Assembly: GCF_006345805.1 (NCBI RefSeq)
Contig: NW_021831731.1
Coordinates: forward strand, 124,001 to 188,000
Reading direction: 5' to 3'
Source: Octopus sinensis
Taxonomy: Eukaryota
DNA: 64,000 bases
The position numbers and the translations under genes were made by a program. The notes under the pieces were generated by a model. It ran no database searches. It was not told the DNA's origin and saw nothing but the letters and a program-made list of their open reading frames with translations. Every line of letters starts with the position of its first letter. Position 1 is the stretch's first letter. Positions 1 to 12,600 of the stretch are shown here, one piece after another.

Positions 1-110
1 AAAGCTCTATAAAATGTAAGCTCAACAAACCAGACATAATGATTCGGAGCAGGAAGGAAGCTAAAGAAGAAATTAATTATCCTCTTGACGTTAACATGTT
101 AGAGATAAAA
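1..110 (+). mobile_element. C-terminal (restriction-like endonuclease) relic of an R4/Dong-type non-LTR retrotransposon
   Basis: Translates SIKCKLNKPDIMIRSRKE...EINYPLDVN, matching the K/R-P-D-I/L and E-x-S-x-P-x-D-x-N pattern also seen at 14950-15050 (CKHNMPDIVV...IIEVSCPADIN). Runs off the window edge. Confidence 0.4.
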
Positions 111-1057
111 AATAAAAATAAAAATAGAACGCTTTTACCAAATTAATGAGAAATCTGCGGATGTTACACATGGACTTTAGTTTTATATATACATACATTC
201 TTGTATACATATGTAACTATATACATACATTAAAGCACACTTACTCTGTATTGCAATAAATAGATACGTAATCCATCTATCCATGCTTACGTATATTGTT
301 TCTATTGCAACGAGCCGCCGTCATGATATTAATGAAAGTATTTAATAAAACTTTATTGTAAACAGACTAAAACTGATGAAAGATTATTAATTACATCATG
401 TAATGGAAAATATGGTAATAGAAACTTTCTTATTCCACCAAGTCAGAAATCCATACAGCTTTTGCTCTTTAGTAACTTGATCGGTTGACTGATAAACTTA
501 CAATTAAAAACATTCCTACAATGACCACTCCATCTTGCGCCCCCACCGAACTATATTATTCAATATGCCCATGTATGTTTTTTACACGGTTGAGTGATAT
601 TTGAGAGAAATTTCGTAGCTGTTTTATTTAAACAGGACTATAGAAGAAATCCCCTTCACTTATATCATAACTAGAAAAAACCTTATCAAGAATTAGGCAA
701 TTACAAAGGAATCTTAACAGAAATCAATCCCAATTATCAACTTGGACTATTTCTGAAGAAAACAGGAAACGTTTGGGTGTCACGTAATCCATCTATTCAC
801 GCTTACGTATATTGTTTCGAGCCGCTATCGTGGTATCATGGACAACATTTTAGAAACTCCTAATTTATATTATCTTAACATGTATGCCCTTTTAGATGAA
901 AAGGTTTTAGTTAAATTGATCACATTACCAATGGGGGAACCTGTAACAAAATCTCCTCCAAATCACGCTCTATCACCATGAAAAAGGAAAGGCATTGGAT
1001 AAAGTTATCTAGGACATGGAATACCTGAGAAAAAAAAGATGGAATAATCATAAATAT

Positions 1058-2260
1058 AGTATCCCATCCTCAAGAAAGGAAACTTCTCCGATATCCTTAA
1101 GGTAATGGAATCAAATATTTACAACAATGTCCTTTCATAACTTTAATCTTTCTCTCCCCCTTAATAACCATCAGTAAAGTTTCCTTAAAGCCTGCTCCGC
1201 TACTGACCACTCTTCTCTGTTGCTTACCACTAGACTATTGCCATGAAGGAATTTGGTGAAGGTCATACTGTAGCCTTCGATATCAGCAAAGTTTTCATTC
1301 GTGTTTCGCATGTGAAAATCTTATGGGAACTTCCCGCCTAAGAGCTCAACCCTCTCTCATCTCATGGCTGGGTAACTTTCTGTTGGAGTGCACTGTGGCC
1401 GCGTAAGTTGACTGGGCCCTTTCTGTCTTCCTATCAGTTTCAGGGTGCCCTAGGGTTCGAGTTTAATCCATCACCACTTTTTTCCTTCTGTACATCAACG
1501 GCTTACTTGCTGCCACATTCAGCAACACCTACTCCTACGCAAATAACACTGCTCTTCCTTCATTCCTAATATTCTTCAAACATGTAAACTCCATTCTAAA
1601 CCTAATAACCACATGCTAAACACACGTAAACTCTATAAACAGAGACCAACCTCGAAAGCATCAGACTTTGTCTTTTTTGATAGCAAGAAAGCATATATCG
1701 TGTTTGGATAAAAAAAAAGTATCATTTCACCTCACTCTGTAATCACGAGCAACACTCAGCTAGAACACTCAAATTTTCTCTAGTTGTTGGATCTCATTAT
1801 CACCGAGTATCTGTCTTGGTGAAAGCACATCATTAACATAAGATCGCATTCTAGTGAAATACCCTTCTCTTTAGAGCTAGAAAATAATTCATTCTCCAAC
1901 GCACAGACACTCTATACTGCATTCTAAAGAGAGTTTTGTCGCTGACTGATATAAAATTATTCACAGAAACTCTAACCTCTGGTTCGCCGGCATGCTGTCT
2001 CCTCTCTCTGCCATTTCTACTGATACTCTGATGGTCGGCTGTACTTCTCAGAGCTGGCTGGTTTTTTGCTGTCTTTACTCAAGTTCTTCCGTCCCAATCG
2101 TCTCTCCTCCTATCATCTGTGTTCAACATTCAGTCCTCACACTGATCACTTCGCCTAGTCTTTCATTCCCAGAGCAGAACGCCGGCCTTCTTTAATGCTT
2201 TCCCTGCATATATCTTTCCCTCATGAAATGACTTCAAGAAGAAAATTAATGACCCTCAGC
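1058..2260 (+). mobile_element. Decayed non-LTR retrotransposon (Jockey/CR1-group-like) RT and C-terminal region
   Basis: Frame-shifted remnants PILKKGNFSD, HQ-SFLKACSATD, EFGEGHTVAFDISKVF, QGA, SYANNT, ending FIPRA...NDFKKKIN. Many stops. Confidence 0.6.
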
Positions 2261-3217
2261 TCAACGGTTTTGGGGGTATGGCCTATAAAAGTCATGGGCA
2301 CTACCCCTTCTTCCAAAACCAACGAGTAAAGTACAACAACTAAAGATGCGCGTAGAAACCCAGCTGGAATGCATTTGATCACAATCATATGTATGCACAT
2401 TCAGAAATCTTCTCGAGATAAACAAAAAACAGTAGCAGCTACCACAGCAGCAACAACGACAATATGCGTAAGTATTAAATGAGAATTTGAGATCCGAGTA
2501 CTGATAAGACATACATGTTGCATTCTTTAAAGTAAATATGCAACTATAACAATCAAAATATACAAGAATTTTAAAACTTCTAAATCTACTATTGAGTCAA
2601 CGAGGTAAACTGTGTGGTTTCTCGACCAACTAGAAACATCACCAAATATACATCAAATTAGCATGTGCTAAAAGAAAAACCTATACACCGTTCTCTTAAT
2701 TACCCTAAGTTTGAATAAATGAAAGAATTGTTACAGCTGAAACGTCTTTGTTCATAGGTTTGCTCGATAAGGGCAACGTGGTATCTATTACGCGATCGTT
2801 TGATATACAAGAAAACGAGATAGTAACTGCTGGAAAGCATTTGGTTATACGTTTTCTCCATTAGTGCTTATCTGTGAATCGACGACGACGACGATGACAA
2901 CAAGAGCAACAACAATACGAACAAAAGTAATAGTCACTAAGTCGTCTTTATGTGAATTGAAAGACTAAATCTCTTATTATTTTCAAAAAACTTTAAGGTA
3001 TATAAATTCAGTTGGTTCTGATACCTATAATATAGTGTGTTGATAAACTTTGATTAATAGGGTTTATCATTGCAATCTATTGAGAAAAACGTCCTAAATA
3101 AATAGAAAGGAAAGTTATTCATGTAAACATATTGTGTATACACAGTTCTATATTTAAGAGGAATTATGTGCATTATTTACATTATTTACATTATTTACAT
3201 TCACCTTGTTTGTTGTT

Positions 3218-3263
3218 AACACAACGTTTCGGCTGATATACCTTCCAGCCTTCTTCAGGTGTC
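3218..3263 (-). ncRNA. Minimal type-I hammerhead ribozyme motif (Penelope-type)
   Basis: Reverse complement reads GACAC-CUGAAGA-A-GGCUG(gaagguauau)CAGCC-GAAA-CGU-U-GUGUU: stem I GACAC/GUGUU, stem II GGCUG/CAGCC, palindromic stem III (ACGU), GUU cleavage triplet. Confidence 0.75.
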
Positions 3264-3309
3264 TTGGGGAAACTTCAAATCTGGGTTCTCATTCCTAAGA
3301 TATTTTTCA

Positions 3310-3312
3310 ATG

Positions 3313-3398
<86 letters not shown>

Positions 3399-3410
3399 TT
3401 ATTATTATTA

Positions 3411-3442
<32 letters not shown>

Positions 3443-3470
3443 TATTATATTATTATTATTATTATTATTA

Positions 3471-3561
<91 letters not shown>

Positions 3562-3582
3562 GTTGTTGTTGTTGTTGTTGTT
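3310..3582. repeat. (TTA)n/(TTG)n microsatellite
   Basis: Direct reading. Confidence 0.97.
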
Positions 3583-3657
3583 GAGATCACTGCTTGGAAT
3601 CGAACGCAGAATCTTGGAGTTAGTAGCCCGCGCTCTTAACCACTATGCCATATGCCC
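3583..3657 (-). other. tRNA-derived SINE head with Pol III A and B boxes
   Basis: Reverse complement: GGGCATA-TGGCATAGTGG(A box)-TTAAGAGCGCGGGCTACTAACTCCAAGATTCTGC-GTTCGATTCC(B box)-AAGCAGTGATCTC. Confidence 0.75.
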
Positions 3658-3696
3658 CTGAAGAAGGCTGGAGGGTGTATCAGCCGAAACGTTGTG
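3658..3696 (+). ncRNA. Inverted hammerhead copy (core intact, 5' strand of stem I lost)
   Basis: CTGAAGA-A-GGCTG-gagggtgtat-CAGCC-GAAA-CGT-T-GTGTT. The upstream GACAC is replaced by the SINE head end (tgccc). Confidence 0.65.
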
Positions 3697-4007
3697 TTAA
3701 CAGCAAACAAGATGAGGACAAAATATCCCTTGAATGTAAATAATGTAAATAATGTAAATAATGCATATTGTGTATATATCGAAAATAAAACAACAATATG
3801 ACGTTGAATGGTAGAGAGGGAGGGAGAGAGAGAGACAGAGAGAGAGACAGAAAGAAAAAGAGAGAGAGGGAGCGAGGGAGAGAGAGAGAGGGGGGTAGGC
3901 TAAGGGGAGACACACGAACATACCCGCATATTTGCACACACTGCCCTACATATATTAATGAATATATAAATCAGTGAATCAATAATGTAGGACTAAAACT
4001 GAAAGAA

Positions 4008-4044
<37 letters not shown>

Positions 4045-4560
4045 AGGAGAGGGTGAGTGAGAATGAAAGGAAAAGTGAAAGATGAATATAAAAAGGAAAA
4101 GAGATAAGTGATACACACACACATATACATACACATACATATGCAATAAATATAAATATATACGACAAAACGTAAAAAGAAAGTGAGCGAAGAATACGAA
4201 GAACACGAAGAGCGATAAGGAGAACGTGGCGAACGGAGCAATAGGATTTAAATATTAAACTAAAACAGTTTAACACCGATGTCTAAGGTCACTTTTGGTA
4301 ATCATGTGAAACATTGATTGTTATGTCAGTTACAAGATGAAACAACAATGGGTGAAGGAGAGAATTAACAGAATCAGCTTCCTTCAATCCATACAAGTTT
4401 ATCTCTTTAAGTAGAATGCAGATATATGAAGTTTATCAAAAAAATAATCCCATATTAAAATTTAATGTTGCCAACATTTGTTTCTAAAATAAAAATAAAC
4501 AGCTAAAAACCTAAAACAAGTAAAACTTAAATATCAAGATTATATCTACTCTAATCTAAG

Positions 4561-4604
<44 letters not shown>

Positions 4605-4839
4605 GAACAGCCGTTTCTTTAGATGTTTTGAAAATATGATTATGTTCTGTGTTCTAGTTGTATAATCTAAAAATCTTCATAATCTCATCTTCAGTATGAG
4701 GGGATGTTGATGTGTTACTGAGCCTTTGTTATTGACAGGGTCAGTGTAGTTGGAGTAGTTATTATCATCATTATTATTATTATTATTATCATCATCATCA
4801 TTATTATTATTATTATTATTGTTGTTGTTGTTGTTGTTG

Positions 4840-4900
<61 letters not shown>

Positions 4901-4910
4901 CATCATCATT

Positions 4911-5237
4911 GAGTGAGAGAGCAGTTCATGCCATCAAAGTGACACTGGGGTAAAATATACGAAGCCCAATATACCCATCATGACTACCCGTCTGATAAAG
5001 GTACACCAGGCACATGCATCACAACCATATGTGCGCGACATGGTGATCTCATATCAAGATAAACAGCACATGACCTTGCAGGTGGGGCCCAGTTAGAATT
5101 TTCTTCAGGTTGAGTAGCCCATCCCGCTCAAACGGTCCCTGAATAAGGGTTGTTTAAGGATGTTGAAAGAACCACCCATGTTTCCAGAGGTGAACTATTC
5201 AAACCCCAAAGAATCCCTCTCAACACATGGCTATGAT
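4911..5237 (-). mobile_element. 5'-truncated copy of the ~555-bp (TAA)n-embedded retroposon
   Basis: Near-identical to the reverse complement of ~23980-24306; flanked by TTA repeats on both sides. Confidence 0.85.
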
Positions 5238-5269
5238 AATTATTATTATTATTATTATCGGAATTTGAA

Positions 5270-6050
5270 AATTTTACCGTCTGGTTCATACATCACATCA
5301 CCAGTTACATATTTAGTTTTGTTTGTGACTAGAATACGTTATCAGTATATTTACACATTGAGCTGTCCTATTTTTGTGTGGGAGTTCTACATGGTATAGA
5401 TGTGTTGTTTGCTAATGTTTTCCTATCTAGTTTTATTTTCTCTTGTGTAAGGTAACTGGTTGTAATTGTTTCCTGTTGTAAGTGTATGGTGATTTGGTGC
5501 ATGTTTGTCGTACATGCTTGTAAGGCTAACGTAACAGTTGAAATCGGGAAGTTTAAAAACACTACGATTGCAATCAAATTTATAATTCATAATGATCATT
5601 AGTAGTTTGTTCGCGGTTTACATTGCTGCAATTTGTTATTGATAAGCAATTTTTAAAAGAATTTAAGTGTCTTTGTAATATTTGTAGTATATTATTTCTG
5701 TTAGTTTATATTCTGGTGCAATCCAATTTACGCTCAATTTAATAGTGCTTTTTGTAATGTGATCAACTATTCTACAGTTGAATAAGTTTGATTCATGTCA
5801 CATAATTTATATGTGGTCTGTGTATTTTTATTAAGTGTAGTATCTGATATATTTCTTGCATTATATTTCTGATCGTAATATTCTATAGCTTGGTTTCTTA
5901 GCTTATTAATTTGTTGAATAGGTTTTGGTTTATTTTGTGGGTTTCTGTACCTAGTGCTTTGTTTGTAGAGAGCAATTTAAGTGCTCTTCTAAGAAGGGAT
6001 CAAACCACTGACATTTTGTATCTGTTTGTACATTTGCCGTCTCCATATAA
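5270..6050 (-). mobile_element. Very decayed LINE linker/RT-start relic
   Basis: Minus-strand remnants WFDPFLEEH and VTLALQAC...PCRTP; no intact motif. Confidence 0.3.
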
Positions 6051-6721
6051 GTATCGACATTTATATGTTTTGATCTAACATTGTTCCTTCTCCCAGCCTC
6101 TTCAGTTTCTTATATCATTTCTATTACATCCTCTTAACGACTCCCCCGTCAGTTCATACTAGCACATCGATTTCTTTTCCTCTCGTCATCTCTAGTTACT
6201 GTCATTTAAAAAGCTTTATCCCAACCATTATTTTCCAAGCTGCAATCCACTGGATTTCATATCTAGCTCAAATTTTTACTGCAAATATCACTTAAATAGT
6301 GCTGTAGATTTTTGTCCTTGAGGTGTCTTTCTCATGTCTTTCTCATGTCCACTAAAACCCTTTCGATTTACTCATCTCTACTCCTCTCGTCAACCACATT
6401 GTATCAAATACCTCAAATCCAACACTATGTACTTCTTCCAGTACTTTTTTATGTACTTTAATCCTTGGAATTTCCTTCCCGTTGAAAGATTTTCTTCAGT
6501 CGTTAACTTGCAACTGTTCAAGTAAAAGTTTTAACTTCATCGATTTCGCCGGTCTTGAAGAACGTGGGGGTACTGATCCTTTCTCAAGAATTCATTAGTA
6601 AAAAAATCCAAACTGAATACCAACCTTATCAACTTCAATAGTTTTGGAGTGCTTGAAAAGTTGACAGACATCGTCACTCCTTTGAATGCAGCCCCCACAC
6701 ATGTGAGCACACACACACACA

Positions 6722-6777
<56 letters not shown>

Positions 6778-6862
6778 CACACACACACACACACAATGTT
6801 ATGAAATAGTTTTGAAGTTAAGAATTTTGAAGGTCTTTAATAACTTTTGAAACATTATTTAG

Positions 6863-7013
6863 TAGGAATGGCTGTGTGGTAAGTAGCTTGCTTACGAACT
6901 ACATGGTTCCGGGTTCAGTCCCACTGTGTGGCACCTTGAGCAAGTGTCTTCTACTATAGCCTCGGGCCGACCAAAGCCTTGTGAGTGGATTTGGTAAACG
7001 GAAACTGAAAGTC

Positions 7014-7077
<64 letters not shown>

Positions 7078-7308
7078 GTATGTATGTGAGTGTATATATG
7101 TTTGTGTGTCTGTGATTGTCCCCTAACATCGCTTGACGACAGATGCTGGTGTGTTTACGTCCTCGTAACTTAGCGGTTCGGCAAAAGAACCGATAGAATA
7201 AGTACTAGGCTTACAAAGAATAATTCCCGAGGTCGATTTGCTCGACTAAAGGCGGTGCTCCAGCATGGCCAGAGTCAAATGACTGAAACAAGTAAAAGAG
7301 TAAAAGAA
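6863..7308 (+). mobile_element. tRNA-headed SINE with internal (TA)n (major family in this window)
   Basis: Head TGGCTGTGTGG...GGTTCAGTCCC, core GCAAGTGTCTTCTACTATAGCCTCGGGCCGACCAAAGCCTTGTGAGTGGATTTGGT, tail GGCGGTGCTCCAGCATGGCC...GAAACAAGTAAAAGAG. Homologous copies at 19884, 22683 and 59790. Confidence 0.9.
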
Positions 7309-7559
7309 TATAACAAACCAACTTTTTATTGAATAAGAAATTTGGTAAGAAAATCAATTGATCAAATGTGAGTTACATTTCACACTATAAAAGCATAATT
7401 ATGACATCACTAATATTTTAAGTTGCAAAAAGAAAAATTAAAAAACAAAAAGATCTGAAACAATATAGACAAGATGTAAATTTATTTCCAATTATCAATT
7501 AAATATATTTAATATTTATAGTAACTTTCCTAAACCTCTTTTAAGACCTCTGTCCTACT

Positions 7560-8450
7560 CGACATTAGATTTATTAATGCTACATGGAAATTTGCACTAC
7601 ATTAATTTTCTCATTCGTTCTCAACCGTTTTTCAGAATGCCCAAAGTAGTGAATTTCTTTGAAGATACTCTTTGTTTAAGTATCTTCCATAAGTTCTCAA
7701 TCGGATTCATTTCCGGACAGTTTGCTAGCCATTTCAGAACATGCATCCTGTTTGCCTTCAGCCATACTTTAACTAATTTGGCGTTATGACAAGGGTGCAT
7801 TACTCTGTTGAAACACAAAAGTTATTGATGGCGCATTTCTCAGCCGATATACCGACGATTCACTTAAAATGTTGAGATATTCACTCTTATCAATGCTTTC
7901 GTTGCCAGATACAACACTTCCTATTCTATTGTTGCCAAAATAGCGTCACATCGTTAGATGCACTGTATCTAAATATATAATTTTGTACGAGATTGCTTTT
8001 ATTATGGACGGTCCATTTATTTCTAATTATTTCATTAATGATTTTACCGAGATTTTTTTCCAGAAGACGAAGAAAGCTAATTATCAGATTGTGTGAACAT
8101 ATTCTATAACTTCGGAACAACCAGTTTGCTATAGAAAAATGTCTTCATGTTTCTGTTATTGCAGTAGTTTGTTCCTTGATAAAACCCTTATAACATGAGT
8201 CAGACATCACAGTAACTCTTAGAATTCTCCATTAACTCTATTCACTCTCAGAAATAATGTTTTTATACAGGAACTTGTGTATGTTGTGACAAGTGCCTCT
8301 TGTCACAAAAGTTTAGTTTCTGGTGCACCGAGTTTAAGGACTGAATTCTGATGCCTGGTTGTAGCTAGTTTACTTTACTTATACTTTTATTTTCTCTCAG
8401 AAAGGAACGAGGTCAAAAAATTTTCATCTATCTCTTCAAGATATGTATAA
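7560..8450 (-). mobile_element. Tc1-like transposase relic
   Basis: ORF 7621-7818 gives [15 protein letters not shown]...[22 protein letters not shown] (Tc1 WP-x-x-SPDLNPIENLW). Upstream remnant IDKSEYLNILS. Termini not identified. Confidence 0.7.
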
Positions 8451-9579
8451 CCTTTGCTTAAAGACACGTTTCTGGCGGGCAAAGTTTACGATCAAATTTC
8501 GATTCTTGACTGAATCTATTTTACTTCCTCTTTATAGCTAATTTCTTTGGGAAAGACACGAAAGTATCATCCTATTTAGTCTATTTTATAAATATGAGGA
8601 CTTACGCCTGGTTAAACAAATCAGTATTGGAGAATGGGAATTTTGCTATTGAAATCAATGAAGCTAGCCTGTATCGCATATTAATAAATTGCCACGTAGC
8701 ATTTAAGTAAAAAGAAATGATTTGTAATATGAGCTATTTTAAGCCCGATGAAAGACAAAGTTAATGATGTGAACAAAGGATGAACTAAGACAGAAATAAG
8801 CTAGTTGGGAAAAATTTAATTTTCAGAAACAGTATTAGAAGACTATGGAGATCTAAATATATCACAAAGCTGTAGCGAACTAAGCAATCTAAATAAAGTA
8901 ACGGAATAATTTCAGGTACAAAACTAATATAAAAGAGTAAGAGACATATTTTTGTTAGTAAATCAAAGAAAAGAACTAACAAATGCATCAATACTTGTAT
9001 ATTACCATACAGGGATGAATCCTGCTTTAACGACAGTGCAATAACAGTAAATTAAAACTTCGTAAATGCAATATTCATTCGTAAAGTATTCATGGGAAGT
9101 AACTAAAGATGGGAAGTGTGGTAAAGTTATCAGACTTGACAATGTTGGCATTTCCAGCTATATTAAATGTAACAAGCGTATCAATTAGCTTAAAGGCGTC
9201 CTAATCTTTTACTCCTATAATTCCTATTAATAATTTTAGATGCTTGAAATACTTGGAGCGCATACCAAGTAAATGACCAAGTTGAAATTTTGAACGAAAT
9301 CCAAAGATTCTTTGTTTGAACAACATTATGACTAGCCAGTAATTCTGCTATCTGAAGACTGTCGCAGAATTACCCAGCTACTATTTCATATATATAAATG
9401 CAAGTATATATTGAGTGAGTGAGTATTAGAAAAGTTTTGTCATCATATATAAGCTGAAAAATAAATAAGCTGAAAAACGATGTACTCATTCATAATTTAG
9501 ATCTTTTAGTTTCTTCTTAATTTGATAGGTACGTAGAAATGAGTAGTGCCTGTGACCTTTGCAGTGCCCTGCACAAGAA

Positions 9580-9830
9580 CTGTTATACTGAGGCAGTTCA
9601 CGCTTCATTTAAACATTTTCAAGTCCACGACTTCAGAGAAGACAATTGCAAGGAGAGAATTGTAGAGGATTAAAATTCTAAGAGGAAGATTGAGGCTTGT
9701 GTGGCGAATGCTTTTGGGGGTAATGGGATTGGATCCAACGTGGGTGATAAGAAAATGAGAGACAAGTGAGTCGGTAAGGCCTGAGTGGAGAGGAAACGTG
9801 ACCAGCCAAACCCGAGGAGCCCAGGTCACA
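9580..9830 (-). mobile_element. 3'-end fragment of a Jockey/CR1-group-like LINE
   Basis: Minus strand LYNSLLAIVFSEVVDLKMFK resembles the LINE C-terminus (LWNSLP-x-x-VF...DL-x-x-FK), like 2170-2260. Confidence 0.5.
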
Positions 9831-9999
9831 ATAGTAGTGGTAAAAGAGGTAGTGGAGAAGTGTATGTTGTAGGGAGTGCTGGAAGGAGAAGGAAGAAGAG
9901 AGAGGGAAAGGGAGAAAGAGAGAACGAAAGAAAGAGAAAGGGTGGTTTAACAATAACAGGAACTGGCTTCAAAGGTAATCACGAACTTTTCAATAAATT

Positions 10000-12600
10000 C
10001 GGTAGAATTTAAAAGATGTTATGACATTGTTGAGACCCGTGCGGTATTTTTGTCTTGGATTTTATACAAGTTCACTTGATGTTCGTAATGAATATGCTGT
10101 TTAGTGTCTCTCATTTTCCAGGGATTTATTTGCATTTTTGTATTTTCCTTATTAATAGCTCCGTGAATAAGTAATTTTGTTGAGAGGTTGCTTCTGTTTT
10201 TAGTATCTACAGATGGTAAGACAATACTGTTGCTTATAACGATTTTGACATTTATTTTCTTTTGTCAATAGAATAAATATTTTTCTGTGTGTGCCCGGTG
10301 AGATATCTGAGGTATTTTGCTAAGCTGTGGTTCTTCTCAATCCATCTCAGAAAATATATCGGTTGAGTTAATAAACGGGGTGAAATATGTGACACGAGTG
10401 GTAAGCGCAATGCCAGTTTCGTTAGTTAACTTTCTAGTGAATGGGATTGGTGTAGCATTCTGTCATATGACGAATGCCAAATTGAAGCATTTATTTCATA
10501 TGAATAAAATTTTAAGTTTAGTAGGTTACCCTGAGTTGGAGCGTAAGAAAAAGTTGATTTATAGATTACACAGCACAGAAACATAGACCGCAGGTGATGT
10601 TCCTAGAAGATAGAGTACCAATTCGTAAAAGCTTGTAATGCAAAAGTAAATGTACTGATTGAAAGTAACGTTACAATAGCTTTGAACTAGTGATGACCAA
10701 CGCTCTAACTATCCATATACCAGGGGTTGCGGAAAAGTTCCTAGCTTTGGTTAAAAGAAAATACAGGAGGATCAGTTAATTATGATTTTATTTAACATAT
10801 TCCTCTCTCAGATTTACACACTTATCGCAGCCATCCTTTAGTTTTTCTAAGCCCTGTAAAAGAACTCGGCAAGTTGAGCCTCCAACCAGGCATTTCGCAA
10901 TACCTTTAAAGCCAGGAACTTTTCAGCACCCCCTCGTATTTCACATCAGCTCTTAGGGATGTGGTTTCAAATAAACAGTTGTTAGGCTCAATTATGTACT
11001 GGATAGAACAAAAAATACCGCTAGCCGGTGTGCCTGTATGGATTAAAAGTTTAACGTGCTTCCAAGTTGTTTTAGGTCGATCCAACCGAACGGTACAAGA
11101 TCAAGTGTATTTTATCGTCTGTTCGAGCTGAGTGTAACTATGTGTGTCTTTGTTTGTGTCGGTGTTCATGTTTACTGGTGTAAACCAGCGTGTTCTCATT
11201 GTGTCCATAGCTCAATGATTCGATAAAATAGTCATCGATAAAATGAATGGAGTAAACTGAAATAAATATTTAAAGTCTCTATGCTCGATTAGAACCTTTG
11301 AAGATAGAACCATAGCAATACGTGGATTTTGATTGAAATCAGGAAGAGATTAAAAGAAAATGAGAAAATAACAGTTAAAACAAATTAATCAACGAAGGAG
11401 CATCTGCATAGTTGCTTGACGTGGAAGAAAAAGTAGTCAACTTTTCCCAAGTCACATTCCAAAATTTTGAGAGAAGGATAAATTCATTAAACAAATTATT
11501 TATAGATGTATTAAAAGACGTGATGATCATAGACGGAACGTAATCTAGTATAAGGTTGCTCAAAAAGAATGACCTTTTACTAGTATGTATGCAACCTCTC
11601 TTCTGGTGATTGGTTGCATTAATGTTGTGCAGCTTCTCTGGGAGTATATTCTAGGCCATTAGTCAGCGAATATTTTCTAAAAACCCCCTTTCCAACTCTC
11701 ATCATATTATCGAATGCAAACGCATGCAGGCTGCATCCATGGCGAGGATTCAACGTTTGGTGCTTATTAGATGTTGTCGAAGGGATACGATGCGGAATTC
11801 AATGGCTTTTTGGAGAGGTGTTAAGTCACTGTTGCCTTGTTTTTGTTTTAAGTTAAGGTTGTCTGCATCGGTGTTGGTGTAGAAATTCTTGGTACAGGTT
11901 ACAATTTTCAGATTTTAACATCAATAGCCGGGATCTCATCTAGCGTCCAATCGAGTGCCCGAATGTTAGTGTGAGGTATCGGTTTAGTGCACGCGGAAAG
12001 TTCTGAGGGTTATATTTTCTTTATTCTGGTGCCATATTCCCTGGTTACACTCTTCTTGTTACAGGTTCAATTATAGGAAGAAGTAGCTGTAGAGTTACTC
12101 ATCAAATAAATACCCAAACCATTGATATTAATACTGCTAGAAGGGCTTGTACTTCTTCCTCGCTTTACAAGGATCAATGATTTTGTATCAATGATTTTGT
12201 ATCTTCCTGAGAAGGAGCCGCTGTGATATTTAGTGATTGCCCACTTGTGTCAATGCTGGTTGCTAATGGGTTTCTATTGAATTTCCGGTTAATAATTTTA
12301 CTTTCAGCTGTTCACTTATGATGCCGGAATATTTCCTTGATGGTTTCAGTTTCTGTTCCAGAGTAATTAATATGTATTCCAATGTTCTCTTTTTATTATC
12401 TCCAAAAAATTCTATTGCATTTTCACTCTAGGTTGGTGGGAAGGGTATTTATATGTCTGTTTGCATACGATAAAAATGCCACATGATTGATAATTCGCTT
12501 CAGATTGACGATCCTTTTTTTTCATTTACAAAATCCACTTTTTTTATCGTCATTCTTTAATTTAATTCTTCTGTATCTCCAAGGTGGTGTTTTTCAGTCA
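10000..12600 (-). mobile_element. Heavily decayed LINE (APE to RT start; L1/Tx1-like), interrupted by younger repeats
   Basis: Scattered minus-strand remnants (GQSLNITAAP near 12230; NPRQKYRT..NNVIT near 10040). No long ORF. Confidence 0.3.
10720..10936. mobile_element. Mariner-derived MITE (217 bp)
   Basis: Imperfect ~29-bp terminal inverted repeats (TIRs) CCAGGGGTTGCGGAAAAGTTCCTAGCTTT / AAAGCCAGGAACTTTTCAGCACCCCCTCG, with TA on both sides (10718-19, 10937-38). Confidence 0.85.

Larger units (their letters stand above)
3141..3763 (-). mobile_element. Composite tRNA-headed SINE with hammerhead-bearing tail plus inverted partial tail copy
   Basis: Minus strand: tRNA-like head (3657-3583), (AAC/AAT)n, then a tail containing the hammerhead motif and (AATGTAAAT)n. 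An inverted copy of the tail lies at 3658-3763. The unit is flanked by the direct repeat CATATTGTGTATA at 3128-3140 and 3764-3776. Confidence 0.75.

Noticed and set aside
3259-3639. Poly-L/I/Y 'membrane' ORFs (also at 24305, 28023, 32448, 32918, 37628 and others)
   Set aside because: Microsatellite translations.
3583-3657. Functional tRNA gene
   Set aside because: A/B boxes are present, but there is no proper acceptor stem or T-run terminator and it is fused to a repeat body: a SINE head.
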